Assembly (NCBI GenBank): GCA_036679645.1
Contig: JAZDCY010000014.1
Coordinates: forward strand, 32,001-96,000
DNA length: 64,000 nucleotides
From: Gemmatimonadota bacterium
Lineage (GTDB): Bacteria; Gemmatimonadota; Gemmatimonadetes; Gemmatimonadales; GWC2-71-9
Direction of reading: 5' to 3'
The notes beneath the pieces were generated by a model, which had not been told where the DNA came from, ran no database searches, and saw only the letters and a program-made list of their open reading frames with translations. A program made the translations under genes and the position numbers. Below are positions 1 to 9,695 of the stretch, piece by piece; within the stretch, counting starts at the first letter, position 1, and each line of letters begins with the position of its first letter.

Positions 1-153
1 ATCTTCCCCGTACTGTTCGCCATTGGCCGCACACCGGGGTGGTTGGCACAGTGGCAGGAGATGTTGATGGACCCCGAGCGCCGTATTGCCCGGCCCCGAC
101 AGGTGTACTTGGGGATGGGGGAGCGGGCGTACGTGCCGCTGGAGAAACGATAG
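1..153 (+). CDS. gltA: citrate synthase, C-terminal fragment (gene starts before window)
   Basis: Manual translation [38 protein letters not shown]...EKR* matches the type II citrate synthase C-terminus. Confidence 0.9.
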   Translation: MFPVLFAIGRTPGWLAQWQEMLMDPERRIARPRQVYLGMGERAYVPLEKR

Positions 154-160
154 GGGTCGC

Positions 161-227
161 TAGACACAGAGGTGCTCAGACGCTCAGGTGCTCAGAGGTA
201 AGGTTGCACTCCTGAGCAGTTGAGCGA
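161..227. repeat. short intergenic GCTCAG-based tandem/inverted repeat
   Basis: gtgctcagacgctcaggtgctcagagg followed by inverted cctgagcagttgagcg, between convergent genes. Confidence 0.55.
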
Positions 228-228
228 C

Positions 229-2043
229 TCACCTTCCTATCGGAAGCCCTCCCGTCAACCGGCGTAAGCGTCCCTCCAACTCTTCGCGAATCCGCGCGAC
301 CTCTGCGCGTATGTCGTTCACTTGACCTGTCGCTTCTGACTCCAGTCTGGTCACGGCACTGCGCGCACGGCCCACATCGTCGGCGACCAGTGCATCGACG
401 CGCGCCCGCACCTGCGCCTCGGCCCGTGCCACCTCAGCACCCAGTTCGTCTCGCAGACCAGCAGCGAGGGCATCCGCTACGTTCGACTGCACCGACAACC
501 GCGGGCTCCTGAGGGGCCCGCTGAGGCGGGTAACCAACTCCAGCCTCCGGACACGCGAGAGCACACGCCACAGAAGATCGCTCGTCGCGTCGCCGTCTGG
601 TGAAGCTTGCTCCGTACGCTCAAAGACGACTGCGCTTGCCGTCCAGCGCCAACGAGCATCGAGACTGTCGCCTACACGTGTGAGTGCGATCTCCATTGCA
701 CCCGCTCCCGGCACCAGCCGGGCGCCAATCGATGCCAGCTCGATGTTTGGCAGAGTAATGCCCTCGAGCAGCACAGCGGCCGAATCCCGCACGGGAGCAC
801 CGACATGATTCAACATGCCGGTCACGCGAATGGTCTGTGGCCCCACCACCCCTTCTGTGCGCGCGAGTGCGAACGTGGACGGTCGGCCGAGCAACGTTGG
901 CTCACTCGTGAGGTCTGCAAAACGCAGCGCATAGTCCCCCGCCCCGGCTACGCTACCGCCAATCGCAACCGTGGCCTCGGCGAATTCCAGCAGGAAGGTC
1001 GGCAGGTCCTCATGCCGGGGGAATACAACCGTTGTCCCTGCACGGCGCGCCCGGTCCTTGCCCTCGCGCAGCCGCGCGCGTACGCCCGGAGGCATGTACC
1101 GATCGACGACCCCCAGCCAGTACAGGTACGGCGCGACCTGCGCCGTCACCGCCGACCCGAAGATGGCCGGGCCAAGACTCGGTCCCTCCAGCGACGGTAG
1201 CTGCAAAAAACCGAGCGCGTAGGCGTAGTCGTCACGACGCGAGGCCAACACGCGGTCGAGTCCGTCGCGTGCGCGCCCGACCTCGGCCGAGATGGTCTGC
1301 TCGACGCGTGACACCGCATCGTCGAGTTGTGCCAACTGCGTGAGCGTGTTGCGCAACGACGTCAGCGCACTGCGCGTCCCGCCAATCCCCAGGCTGCGGA
1401 GCGACGCCCCCTCCAACCGCTCGACAAGTGCGCGGGCCGAATCGAGCTGCGGCCGCGGATCGAGTGTGGCGAACTCTGCTTCCAGTGATTGCTTTGACGC
1501 ATCGATCTGAGTGACCAATCCGCGTGCCGCACGCATGGTTGCGAGGCTCTCCGCCTGGACCGCTCCCACATCGATAGCCTGACCGAATCCCGCCAGCGCG
1601 AATTCGGGCAGCGGCAGGCTCTCGCGCCACGACCCCACCTCCCGCCGGATTTCCTGCGAAGCTTCCGAAGGGCGCTCGAGCGCCCCGGATGTCGCTCGAG
1701 CCGTCCCGAAACGCAGGCCTCGTATCGCGACCGTATCGATGACGATCTTCCTCTCCAGCAGAGGCGGCACCCGTATCTTGGCCACGATCTCGTCGGCCTC
1801 GAAGAGATTGGTCATTGGCCGGTCTGGATTCGTCACTGCGAGCCCACGCAGGTAGACCGCGCCCTCGGCAAGGCGTACGTCGGCCTCTGCGAGATCAACT
1901 CGCGCACCCACAATCGTCGCCCCCAACGCTTCGATCGACCGCTCGACCGTGAGATCGAGAAACAGGTACGAGACGACCGACACCAGCGCGAGTAGCACAC
2001 CCAGAGGAACGATCGCCTTCCACCGGAAGATCCGCGTCCTCAT
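229..2043 (-). CDS. TIGR03545-like protein (N-terminal membrane anchor, AsmA-like, coiled-coil)
   Basis: N-terminal TM, VTNPDRPMTNLFEA motif, paired with TIGR03546-like gene. Confidence 0.75.
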   Translation of the reverse strand: MRTRIFRWKAIVPLGVLLALVSVVSYLFLDLTVERSIEALGATIVGARVDLAEADVRLAEGAVYLRGLAVTNPDRPMTNLFEADEIVAKIRVPPLLERKIVIDTVAIRGLRFGTARATSGALERPSEASQEIRREVGSWRESLPLPEFALAGFGQAIDVGAVQAESLATMRAARGLVTQIDASKQSLEAEFATLDPRPQLDSARALVERLEGASLRSLGIGGTRSALTSLRNTLTQLAQLDDAVSRVEQTISAEVGRARDGLDRVLASRRDDYAYALGFLQLPSLEGPSLGPAIFGSAVTAQVAPYLYWLGVVDRYMPPGVRARLREGKDRARRAGTTVVFPRHEDLPTFLLEFAEATVAIGGSVAGAGDYALRFADLTSEPTLLGRPSTFALARTEGVVGPQTIRVTGMLNHVGAPVRDSAAVLLEGITLPNIELASIGARLVPGAGAMEIALTRVGDSLDARWRWTASAVVFERTEQASPDGDATSDLLWRVLSRVRRLELVTRLSGPLRSPRLSVQSNVADALAAGLRDELGAEVARAEAQVRARVDALVADDVGRARSAVTRLESEATGQVNDIRAEVARIREELEGRLRRLTGGLPIGR

Positions 2044-2086
2044 GGTGTTCCCCTGACACCAGCCGCCCGGGAACGATCTGCGGCCG

Positions 2087-2599
2087 TCACGGCCGGAATA
2101 GCCGATACACGTTGTAGACCCTCGATGCCTTGACGGCCCTGAACGCTCGCGTGCGCCGGAGCCGTTCGTAGATGGTCGAGCGATAGGCGGTTATGCCGGC
2201 TCGTGCAGCAAAGAACAAAGGCACCGCCAGAACGAGCCAAACGACGAGGCTCCCCAAGACCACCGTGTTGTTGAAATTGGTCAGCGCAAGAGGGGTGTTG
2301 TACATCGCGGTCCACATTCGCTGCAGTGCGCCCGTGCTTACCAACAAGCCCGTGCCGAGCGCATCGAACAGGGGATCCAGCGCAAAGCCAATAGGCACGA
2401 ACGCAAACCAACCCAGCATGAAGCCCGGAAACGACACATTCAAGATGATCGCGAGCGAGAGCGCGGCGAGGTTGTGGAGATTGAGCAGCGGCGTGAGGCC
2501 AAGCACGGCCCCAAGGGTGATCCCCGCAGCCACCTGGCCCGGCGTCCCGTCCGAGTTCAGGGCCTTGATGAACGATTGCAGCAGCTTGAGCAACAACAC
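2087..2599 (-). CDS. TIGR03546/DUF2062-like membrane protein
   Basis: LNSDGTPGQVAAG...GLTP...FNNTVVLGS motifs. Confidence 0.8.
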   Translation of the reverse strand: MLLLKLLQSFIKALNSDGTPGQVAAGITLGAVLGLTPLLNLHNLAALSLAIILNVSFPGFMLGWFAFVPIGFALDPLFDALGTGLLVSTGALQRMWTAMYNTPLALTNFNNTVVLGSLVVWLVLAVPLFFAARAGITAYRSTIYERLRRTRAFRAVKASRVYNVYRLFRP

Positions 2600-2653
2600 G
2601 CACGTAACGTCTCTGGACGATCAGCCGGTGTCCAGGGGGGTAGATTTCCGGTC

Positions 2654-4795
2654 ATGTCTTCGCTAGACCCCATTCTGCGGCCGCGGTCCATTGCCGTTGT
2701 CGGTGCTTCGCGCCAGGCCAACACGATCGGCTACCAGCTGCTCGACAATCTGCTGCGCTACGAATACCAGGGGCCCATCTATCCGGTGAACCCCAAAGCA
2801 CCGTTCATCCATTCCATCGCCGCCTACGCATCCGTTGCAGACATCGGGCAGCCCATCGATCTCGCATTGATCGCGGTGCCGAAGGAGCACGTGCTCGGCG
2901 TCGCGCGGCAGTGTATCGAGGTCGGTGTGCGTGGTTTGGTTGTCATCACCGCCGGTTTCAAGGAGGTGGGCGGTGAGGGAATCGAGCGGGAGGGGCAGCT
3001 CACGGAGCTCGTCAAGGAAGCAGGCGTACGGCTCGTCGGACCGAACTGCATGGGCGTCATGAACACCGCGGCCGACGTCCGAATGAACGCAACGTTCGCG
3101 CCGTCCTGGCCCCCGCCCGGCCCCGTTGCGTTCATGAGCCAATCCGGTGCCATGGGGCTCTCAGTGCTCGATTACGCACAGAGTCTCGGGATCGGTTTCT
3201 CGTCTTTCGTATCTGCCGGCAACAAGGCCGACGTGAGCGGCAACGATCTGCTCGAGTACTGGGAACACGACCCAAACACGTCGATGATCCTCATGTACCT
3301 CGAGAACTTCGGCAACCCCGAACGGTTCGTGGAGTTGTGCCGACGCATCACGAGAACGAAACCCATCTGCGTCGTGAAGTCGGGCCGGACCGGTGCCGGC
3401 CGGCGCGCCGCGGCGTAGCACACCGGTGCTCTTGCCGGAACCGAACTGGCGACCGAGGCAGTCATCGCACAGGCGGGCGCCATTCGCGCCCATACCGTGG
3501 AGGAGCTGTTCGATCTGGCAATGGCTTTGTCCAACCAGCCCTTGCCCGAGGGAAATCGGGTGGCGATCGTGACGAACGCGGGCGGGCCGGGAATCATAGC
3601 CGCGGATGCCTGCGAAGACGCGGGCCTCATGGTCCCGGAGTTTTCCTCGACCACGCAAGACGCGCTCGGAGCCCATCTGCCGGAAGAAGCCAGTGTGCGT
3701 AACCCGGTCGACATGATCGCGAGCGCCACAGCCGATAGCTACGTGACCGCCATCGATATCGTCCTCGAGGACGAGAACGTCGACGCCGCCATTGCCGCGT
3801 TCGTTCCCCCGCTCGGGATCCAGGCGCGTGACGTCGCGGAGGCCATCGTTCGAACCAACAGCCGTCACCCCGACAAACCGCTGCTGGCGGTGCTCATGGG
3901 GCGGGAGGGACTCCCGGCAGGCATTGCCGAGCTGCACGACGCCAACGTTCCCGCTTACATCTTCCCCGAGTCCGCCGCCAGGGCTCTGGGTGCCATGTGG
4001 CGCTATCGTCAAAAGATGAACGTGGCAGAAGGGTCGACGGTTACATTCGATGTTGACGATGATTCCGTCCGGCGAATCATCGACCGCAGCCTGGCTGCGG
4101 GTGAGACGAAGGTGAGCGAGCCAGACGCCATCTGCATTCTCGAGGCATACGGGATTGCGGTACCGGCATGGACGTTCGTCGAAACGACCAAGAGCACGAC
4201 CGGCCTCGTTTCCGCCACCGCAGGCGCGGCCGACGTGCTCGGGTTCCCTGTTGCAATCAAGATTGTGAGTCCTGATGTGGTTCACAAAACGGACTTCGGC
4301 GGCGTGGTACTCGGGCTCACGGGGACGGAAGCCACCAAGAAAGCGGCGCGAGACATGATTAAGCAGGTCCCGCATGACGTGGGCGATCCCGGTCGCGCGC
4401 CTACTGTGTCAGGCATACTCGTCCAGCAGATGGCGGCGGCGGGACGCGAGACGATCGTGGGACTCACGCGCACGTCCGGCACGGGCGCGATGGTGATGTT
4501 CGGCATGGGCGGCGTCTATGTCGAGGTGATGCGCGACGTGGTGTTGCGACTCGCTCCGCTACGTGACGTCGACGCCGACCAGATGATCCGTCAAGTACGG
4601 ATGCACAAGCTCCTCGACGGCGTGCGCGGCGAGCCGCGACGGGATCACGATGCGCTGGCGGACGTGATCCTCCGGGTCGGCCAACTCGCCGTGCGCCATC
4701 CCCGTATCGTCGAGATGGACATCAACCCCCTGCTCGCGCTCGAGCGGGGCGCCGTCGCGGTCGATGCGCGGTTCTCGGTAAGGGACGGCGAGTGA
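2654..4795 (+). pseudogene. ADP-forming acetate/acyl-CoA ligase (fused alpha-beta) interrupted by in-frame TAG at 3416-3418
   Basis: CoA-binding N-terminus (SIAVVGAS, GPNCMG, SQSG, GNKAD); RRAAA*HTGALAG continues in frame to the ATP-grasp (HKTDFGGV, EMDINPL). Confidence 0.85.
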
Positions 4796-5709
4796 AAGTC
4801 GTCCTAACCGGCGGTACCGGCTACATCGGATCGCATCTCGTGCGCGCGCTGCTCCGCGATGGACACGAGTGCGTGGTCGTGACGCGGGGCAAGACCGATC
4901 CCTGGAGTGACGACCGGGTGCGCCTGCTGCGAGCCGACCCCACGGCGCCCGGTGCGTGGCAAGCAGAGGTGGAGCAAGCCGACGCGGTCGTGAATCTCGC
5001 GGGCGCGAGACTCGTGGAACCGCCACACCGGTGGACGGCCACCCGGAAGCAGGTGATCCGCGAGAGCCGTATTGCCACGACCAGGCACGTGGCGGAGGCC
5101 GTCGCGCGAGCGAGCGAGCCGCCGTCCGTCCTGATCTCCGGTTCAGCCGTGGGCTACTACGGCGATCGCGGCGACGAGCAACTCGACGAGACCGCGCCGC
5201 CCGGGGACGACTTCCTGGCACAGCTCTGCGTTGACTGGGAAACCGCGGCAGGGGCCGCGCTCAATCGAACACGGCTGGTGACTTTGCGCACGGGTCTCGT
5301 CCTCGGGCCGGAAAGCCCCCTCCTCCAATCGATGCTCCCTCCGTTCAAGCTTGGTATTGGGGGACCGTGGGGGACGGGAAGACAGTGGTGGCCCTGGGTG
5401 CACCTCGATGATGTCGTCGCCATGATCCAGCAGGTGTTGACCGGCGACCTGACAGGCCCACTCAATGTGACGGCACCGAACCCGGTGCGCGTTGCCGAGT
5501 TCGCAAAGACGCTCGGCCATGTGCTGCACCGACCCGCGATTGCCCGGATTCCGGAGTTCGTATTGCGATTGGCACTCGGTGAGGTGGCGGACGCGTTGCT
5601 GGCATCACAACGCGTCATTCCCACAAAAGCCATCGAGGCCGGGTTTCGCTTCAGCCACCCGGACCTCGAGCCCGCCCTCGCGGGAGTTCTCAACAAGAAG
5701 GAACGCTAG
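4792..5709 (+). CDS. TIGR01777-family NAD-dependent epimerase/oxidoreductase
   Basis: GGTGYIG, VVNLAG, SAVGYYG, GxQWWPWVHLDD. Confidence 0.9.
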   Translation: MKVVLTGGTGYIGSHLVRALLRDGHECVVVTRGKTDPWSDDRVRLLRADPTAPGAWQAEVEQADAVVNLAGARLVEPPHRWTATRKQVIRESRIATTRHVAEAVARASEPPSVLISGSAVGYYGDRGDEQLDETAPPGDDFLAQLCVDWETAAGAALNRTRLVTLRTGLVLGPESPLLQSMLPPFKLGIGGPWGTGRQWWPWVHLDDVVAMIQQVLTGDLTGPLNVTAPNPVRVAEFAKTLGHVLHRPAIARIPEFVLRLALGEVADALLASQRVIPTKAIEAGFRFSHPDLEPALAGVLNKKER

Positions 5710-5915
5710 TCGGTTTTTCTGGTCCGGCGATCGTCATCAGTGCGGCGCTCATCCTCACGACGTTCCGCGCCGCCGCGACGCTCGACCTCAACCGGAATGC
5801 TCTGGCGCCGCCGGTCGCCGGACCGCCGATCCCCAGCACGCCGGTCTCCCGCCCGCCGGTCTGCCTCGCGCTTATCCTCGCTGGAACAGTTGTCTTCCAC
5901 CTGTATGTTTGTCAT
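5706..5915 (-). CDS. 69-aa protein with tandem (D/E)RRxx repeats
   Basis: AGGAG RBS before ATG at 5915; DRRAGDRRAGDRRSGDRRR...ERRGGAERREDERRTDDDRR. Confidence 0.7.
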   Translation of the reverse strand: MTNIQVEDNCSSEDKREADRRAGDRRAGDRRSGDRRRQSIPVEVERRGGAERREDERRTDDDRRTRKTD

Positions 5916-6187
5916 GGCATCTCCTGCCACGAGCATCGGCAGTCGCCTGGCCGGGCTCAAATTCTTGCTACCCAACCGATTCCGTGTCCCCGCAGATGCC
6001 ACGCCCGCCCGCTCTCGGCTGGCTCGTCACGATGAACACGCTGTGTTCCGTATTCGAGGCGTCGACCGCTCACGCCATGAGCGGGCGTCACGATCCCTGG
6101 CCGCCACGGCCTCGTAATCCCCCTTGCATCTCGTAGCAGTCGTTCCCGACCCGTTATACTTGAGTAGTCGGGCAACCAGGAGCTTCC

Positions 6188-6343
6188 GTGGCTGACGACC
6201 TTGACCGCCTGCGGGCCGCGCTCGCAGATCGCTATCGCCTTCTCCGCGAGGCGGGTCGGGGTGGAATGGCGACGGTTTTTGTTGCAACGGACCTGAAGCC
6301 CGAATGCCGCGTCGCAGTCAAGGTCGTGAGGCCCTGGCCTTGA
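6188..6343 (+). pseudogene. truncated Ser/Thr protein kinase N-terminus (51 aa)
   Basis: Manual translation MADDLDRLRAALADRYRLLREAGRGGMATVFVATDLKPECRVAVKVVRPWP*: Gly-rich loop and VAVK only. Confidence 0.8.
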
Positions 6344-8265
6344 TGCACCAAATCCTACTCACCAGTGTCTGCCGTCCCTTGGGGGTCCGCCACGGCGACT
6401 CCCCGAGCGTAGGCTACGAGTTGCTGCACGAACAGGTGACCCGCGCCCAGGGTCTGTTCAGCCCCCGCTCGCACCATGTCCAGTTCTCGCTGGAGTACAT
6501 CGCCGAGAACCTCGAGGCTCCCACGGCGGTGCTCCAATATCCCTCCCGAAGGGAACTCGTCCGCGAACTCAGGCGCGGGTACGAGTTCGTGGGTGTATCG
6601 TTTGTCCTGGCCACGTACCACCGCATGAAGGAGGTTGTGGCTCTGGTCCGGAGACACTCGCCGCGGTCGAAGATTGTGCTGGGCGGGTACGGGACGGTGG
6701 CGCCCGACGAGATGCTTCGTCCCTTCAGCGACTTTATCTGTCGCGAGGAGGGAGTAGGCTTCATGCGGCGCCTCTTGGGCGAACCCGAGATCCCGATGCC
6801 GTACCGGCACCCTCTGATCATCAACCCGCTCCGGGTGTTCGGGAAAGAGGCGTCGCGGACGGGAGTAGTGTTCGGCGGCCTGGGATGTCCGAACGGATGC
6901 GACTTCTGCTGCACCTCTTACTTCTTCAAGCGCAAGCACATCCGCCTGCTTCCTACGGGAGCCGACATCTACCGGGTGATCCAACGCTACCTCGAGGTCG
7001 ATCCCCAGCTCTCCATCCTGATCTTGGACGAGGATTTTCTGCTCAACCGTCGCCGAGCGATGGAGTTTCGGGAGGAAGTTCTCCGGGTCGGAAAGCCACT
7101 CTCCATCTTTGTTTTTGCCAGCGTCCGGGCCTTGAGCCGGTACACGGTGACCGAGATTCTGGAGATGGGGATCGATGGGATGTGGATCGGCTACGAGGGA
7201 ACACGGTCAGGATATGCGAAACTGTCGGGCCGGCCGGTCGAGGAGATCTTCAACGAGTACCGTGAACACGGAATCAGCATCTTGGCCTCCATGATCGTGG
7301 GCTTCCCCTACCAGACGCCAGAGATCATCGAAGAGGAACTCTCGGGCCTCCTCGCGTTGCGACCGGTGCTCGCGCAGTTCTTGATCTACGGCCCTTGTCC
7401 CGGCACTCCATTCTACGACCAAGTCATCCGGGAAGGGAAACTGCTTCCAGAGGTGGCCGAAGATCCCGAGCTATTCTATCGTCGGGGGACTGCGTTCCAC
7501 GCGATGGTCACCCATCCGTCGATGACGTCCGGCCAGATCGAGGCTGCCCAGGAGCTTTGCTACCGGGAAGATTTCCGGAGGTTGGGACCAGTGCTGCACC
7601 GTTCGGTGGAGCGATGGCTCGAGGGATACCTCAAGCTGCGGGAGTCGCCGAGCGCGTTTCTACGCGCCAAGGCGGAGCTGATCGCGGCCGACCTCAGGAG
7701 AGCCTATCCCCTGTTCTTGGTGGGCAGGCTGTTGGGCCCGACAGCGCGGGTACGGCGTTGGATTGGCGGGCTGCAACAGCGGATTCACGTCGTGCTGGGA
7801 AGTCCCACTTGGAACGAGCGTCTCCAGTCGGTTGCGGCCGTGGGCTTGGCTCTCTGGACGGGACTTACGCTCAGATTGGGCCTCTTCCAGCACCCGCCGC
7901 TGGTAAGGCATACGTTCAGGATGTGGGACGAGCGTCCCGGGCGGGCTTGGCGGCGCTTGCGCCATGAGGATCCCGCTGGGCACTCGATCCAGGTGGAGCG
8001 CCGACCCGCCTCCACGGTGTGGGTGCTGCTGGAAGGACGGCTCACGGCAGCGGCAGCCGGACGGTTCGTTGCGGATCTCCAAGCTGCCCTGGCACGCCGC
8101 AAGGATAGAGTGGTGCTGGACCTGGCCCGCCTAGTGGGCCTGGAGGACGGTGCGATGGGTGAGCTGGTAGCGGGGCTGACAGGCCATCGCGATCGGATCC
8201 GCCTCATTCTCCCCCGCGTGGGAGAGTGCCCGGCACTGGCAGCGATCTTCCGGCTCTACCAGTAA
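6343..8265 (+). CDS. cobalamin-binding radical SAM protein with C-terminal STAS-like domain
   Basis: KIVLGGYG B12-binding region, GCPNGCDFC, DEDF, C-terminal LEGRLT...VVLDLARL. Confidence 0.85.
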   Translation: MHQILLTSVCRPLGVRHGDSPSVGYELLHEQVTRAQGLFSPRSHHVQFSLEYIAENLEAPTAVLQYPSRRELVRELRRGYEFVGVSFVLATYHRMKEVVALVRRHSPRSKIVLGGYGTVAPDEMLRPFSDFICREEGVGFMRRLLGEPEIPMPYRHPLIINPLRVFGKEASRTGVVFGGLGCPNGCDFCCTSYFFKRKHIRLLPTGADIYRVIQRYLEVDPQLSILILDEDFLLNRRRAMEFREEVLRVGKPLSIFVFASVRALSRYTVTEILEMGIDGMWIGYEGTRSGYAKLSGRPVEEIFNEYREHGISILASMIVGFPYQTPEIIEEELSGLLALRPVLAQFLIYGPCPGTPFYDQVIREGKLLPEVAEDPELFYRRGTAFHAMVTHPSMTSGQIEAAQELCYREDFRRLGPVLHRSVERWLEGYLKLRESPSAFLRAKAELIAADLRRAYPLFLVGRLLGPTARVRRWIGGLQQRIHVVLGSPTWNERLQSVAAVGLALWTGLTLRLGLFQHPPLVRHTFRMWDERPGRAWRRLRHEDPAGHSIQVERRPASTVWVLLEGRLTAAAAGRFVADLQAALARRKDRVVLDLARLVGLEDGAMGELVAGLTGHRDRIRLILPRVGECPALAAIFRLYQ

Positions 8266-8343
8266 GCACACCGACCGTGCTACGCAAACGCGCCTTGCAC
8301 TCGACGGAGCCGAAAAAGTTCCGGACTCATGGAAGGAAAGTAG

Positions 8344-8415
8344 AGCCACCGGTCGGAATTGAACCGACGACCACTCGATTACGAATCGAGAGCTCTACCG
8401 CTGAGCTACGGTGGC
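8344..8415 (-). tRNA. tRNA-Thr(CGT)
   Basis: Reverse complement GCCACCGTAGCTCAGCGGTAGAGC-CTCGA-TTCGTAA-TCGAG...GGTTCAATTCC..GGTGGCT; no encoded CCA. Confidence 0.95.
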
Positions 8416-8485
8416 GTTGCCGCGGATGGTTTCCAAAGCGCGGATCCTGTAGATCCGCGCCCGCTGGAAACGATCCGCGGCAGAG

Positions 8486-8568
8486 TGCCCTGGCCCGGAT
8501 TCGAACCGGGACGGCTCGCGCCACTGCCCCCTCAAGACAGCGTGTCTACCAGATTTCACCACCAGGGC
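8486..8568 (-). tRNA. tRNA-Leu(GAG)
   Basis: Reverse complement GCCCTGGTGGTGAAATCTGGTAGACACG-CTGTC-TTGAGGG-GGCAG, long variable arm, GGTTCGAATCC. Confidence 0.95.
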
Positions 8569-8700
8569 GGGCACAACAATGTAAGTCCTCGCGAGGGAGC
8601 AACTTATCGGGCAGGTAGGCGAGAATCAAGCGCCGCAGTGGCGGGAGCTTCTCGCCGGTCATTACCTTATAGGATCCCTCTTCTGTGAGCCGGCAACCCG

Positions 8701-9066
8701 ATGAACGTGCTGCTGATCGAAGACGATCCCCTGGTCCGAGACAGCATCGCGAATGTGTTGGAACGGGACGGGTTTGCGGTCACCGGGGTTCCCAACGGCC
8801 TTCAAGGACTGGCCGAGCTGCGGGACGGGCAATACGCCGCCATCGTGTGCGATCTGCGCCTTCCCTTTCTTCAGGGCGACGATTTCTACGTCCAGGTGAA
8901 AGACCTCTTCCCCGACATGGCCAAGCGTATCGTCTACGTCACCGGGTTCGCGGACGACCCCAAGGCCCGGGAGTTCCTCGAGGGAACCGGCCAGCCCTTC
9001 CTGGGGAAACCGTTCGAGTCGAGCGAATTGATCGAGATCGTATCGAAGGTGGCCGGCAAGGTGTAG
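8701..9066 (+). CDS. single-domain response regulator (receiver)
   Basis: LLIEDD, CDLRLP, VTG, KPF. Confidence 0.9.
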   Translation: MNVLLIEDDPLVRDSIANVLERDGFAVTGVPNGLQGLAELRDGQYAAIVCDLRLPFLQGDDFYVQVKDLFPDMAKRIVYVTGFADDPKAREFLEGTGQPFLGKPFESSELIEIVSKVAGKV

Positions 9067-9085
9067 GGGCGCATTGCGTGCACCC

Positions 9086-9658
9086 CTACCGGAAATACGG
9101 ATCGGTCCCCGATGCGTGGTCCGTCACGTCCCGGATCCCCTGAAAACCCGGGATCGTGCGGCGAAAATGCGCCTCGATGCCCTGCCTCAGCGTCACGTTA
9201 GCCATGCCGCACCCCTGACAGCCGCCCATCAGACGTAGCACGACCACGCCGTCCTGCACATCGATCAACTCGATCTGCCCACCGTGACTCGCGACCGAGG
9301 GATTGATGTCGCGCACGAGTGCCTGATCGGCGGACTCGAACATCTCATCGTCCGAGAGCGGGGGGCCGGCCGCCTCGTCAGGCCCATCTCCACGCTGGAG
9401 CGCGGTGCCGATGGCGTAGCGGACGCGGTCCTCGAGCTCGTCCCACGAGGCGTCCGCCCGCCGCAGCGCGGTGACGGCGTTCTCCTCGAGCACGACCTCC
9501 TGGACACCCGGCACCGCCATCACCGCCTCGGCAACCCGATTGCCGGCGGCGTCCTCGGCCGTGGCAATGCGGTGCGAGCCGGGCGGCGCGATGGCCTCAC
9601 CGGTCTCGACGACGAATCGGCGGATGCGCTCGTGAGAATCGGGCTGGGGAGCGGTCAT
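9086..9658 (-). CDS. NifU/NfuA-type Fe-S cluster carrier
   Basis: INPSVASHGG...GGCQGCGMA.TL..GIE; N-terminal scaffold-like domain. Confidence 0.9.
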   Translation of the reverse strand: MTAPQPDSHERIRRFVVETGEAIAPPGSHRIATAEDAAGNRVAEAVMAVPGVQEVVLEENAVTALRRADASWDELEDRVRYAIGTALQRGDGPDEAAGPPLSDDEMFESADQALVRDINPSVASHGGQIELIDVQDGVVVLRLMGGCQGCGMANVTLRQGIEAHFRRTIPGFQGIRDVTDHASGTDPYFR

Positions 9659-9695
9659 GGGGAAATGATAACAGGGTTATGACGTGCGCATCTAC

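Noticed and set aside
3416..3418. Pyrrolysine or programmed read-through at the in-frame TAG
   Set aside because: Position is a conserved Ser one substitution away (TCG); no pyl genes; TAG is a normal stop elsewhere
6331..6339. GCCCTGGCC at the kinase break matching the tRNA-Leu 3' end as an att site
   Set aside because: Only 9 bp in GC-rich DNA, tRNA-Thr lies between the copies, and no integrase is present
6343..8265. Radical SAM as maturase of the Cys-rich peptide
   Set aside because: 37 kb away, outside the islet, no SPASM/RRE features seen, and the peptide has a Sec signal rather than a RiPP leader
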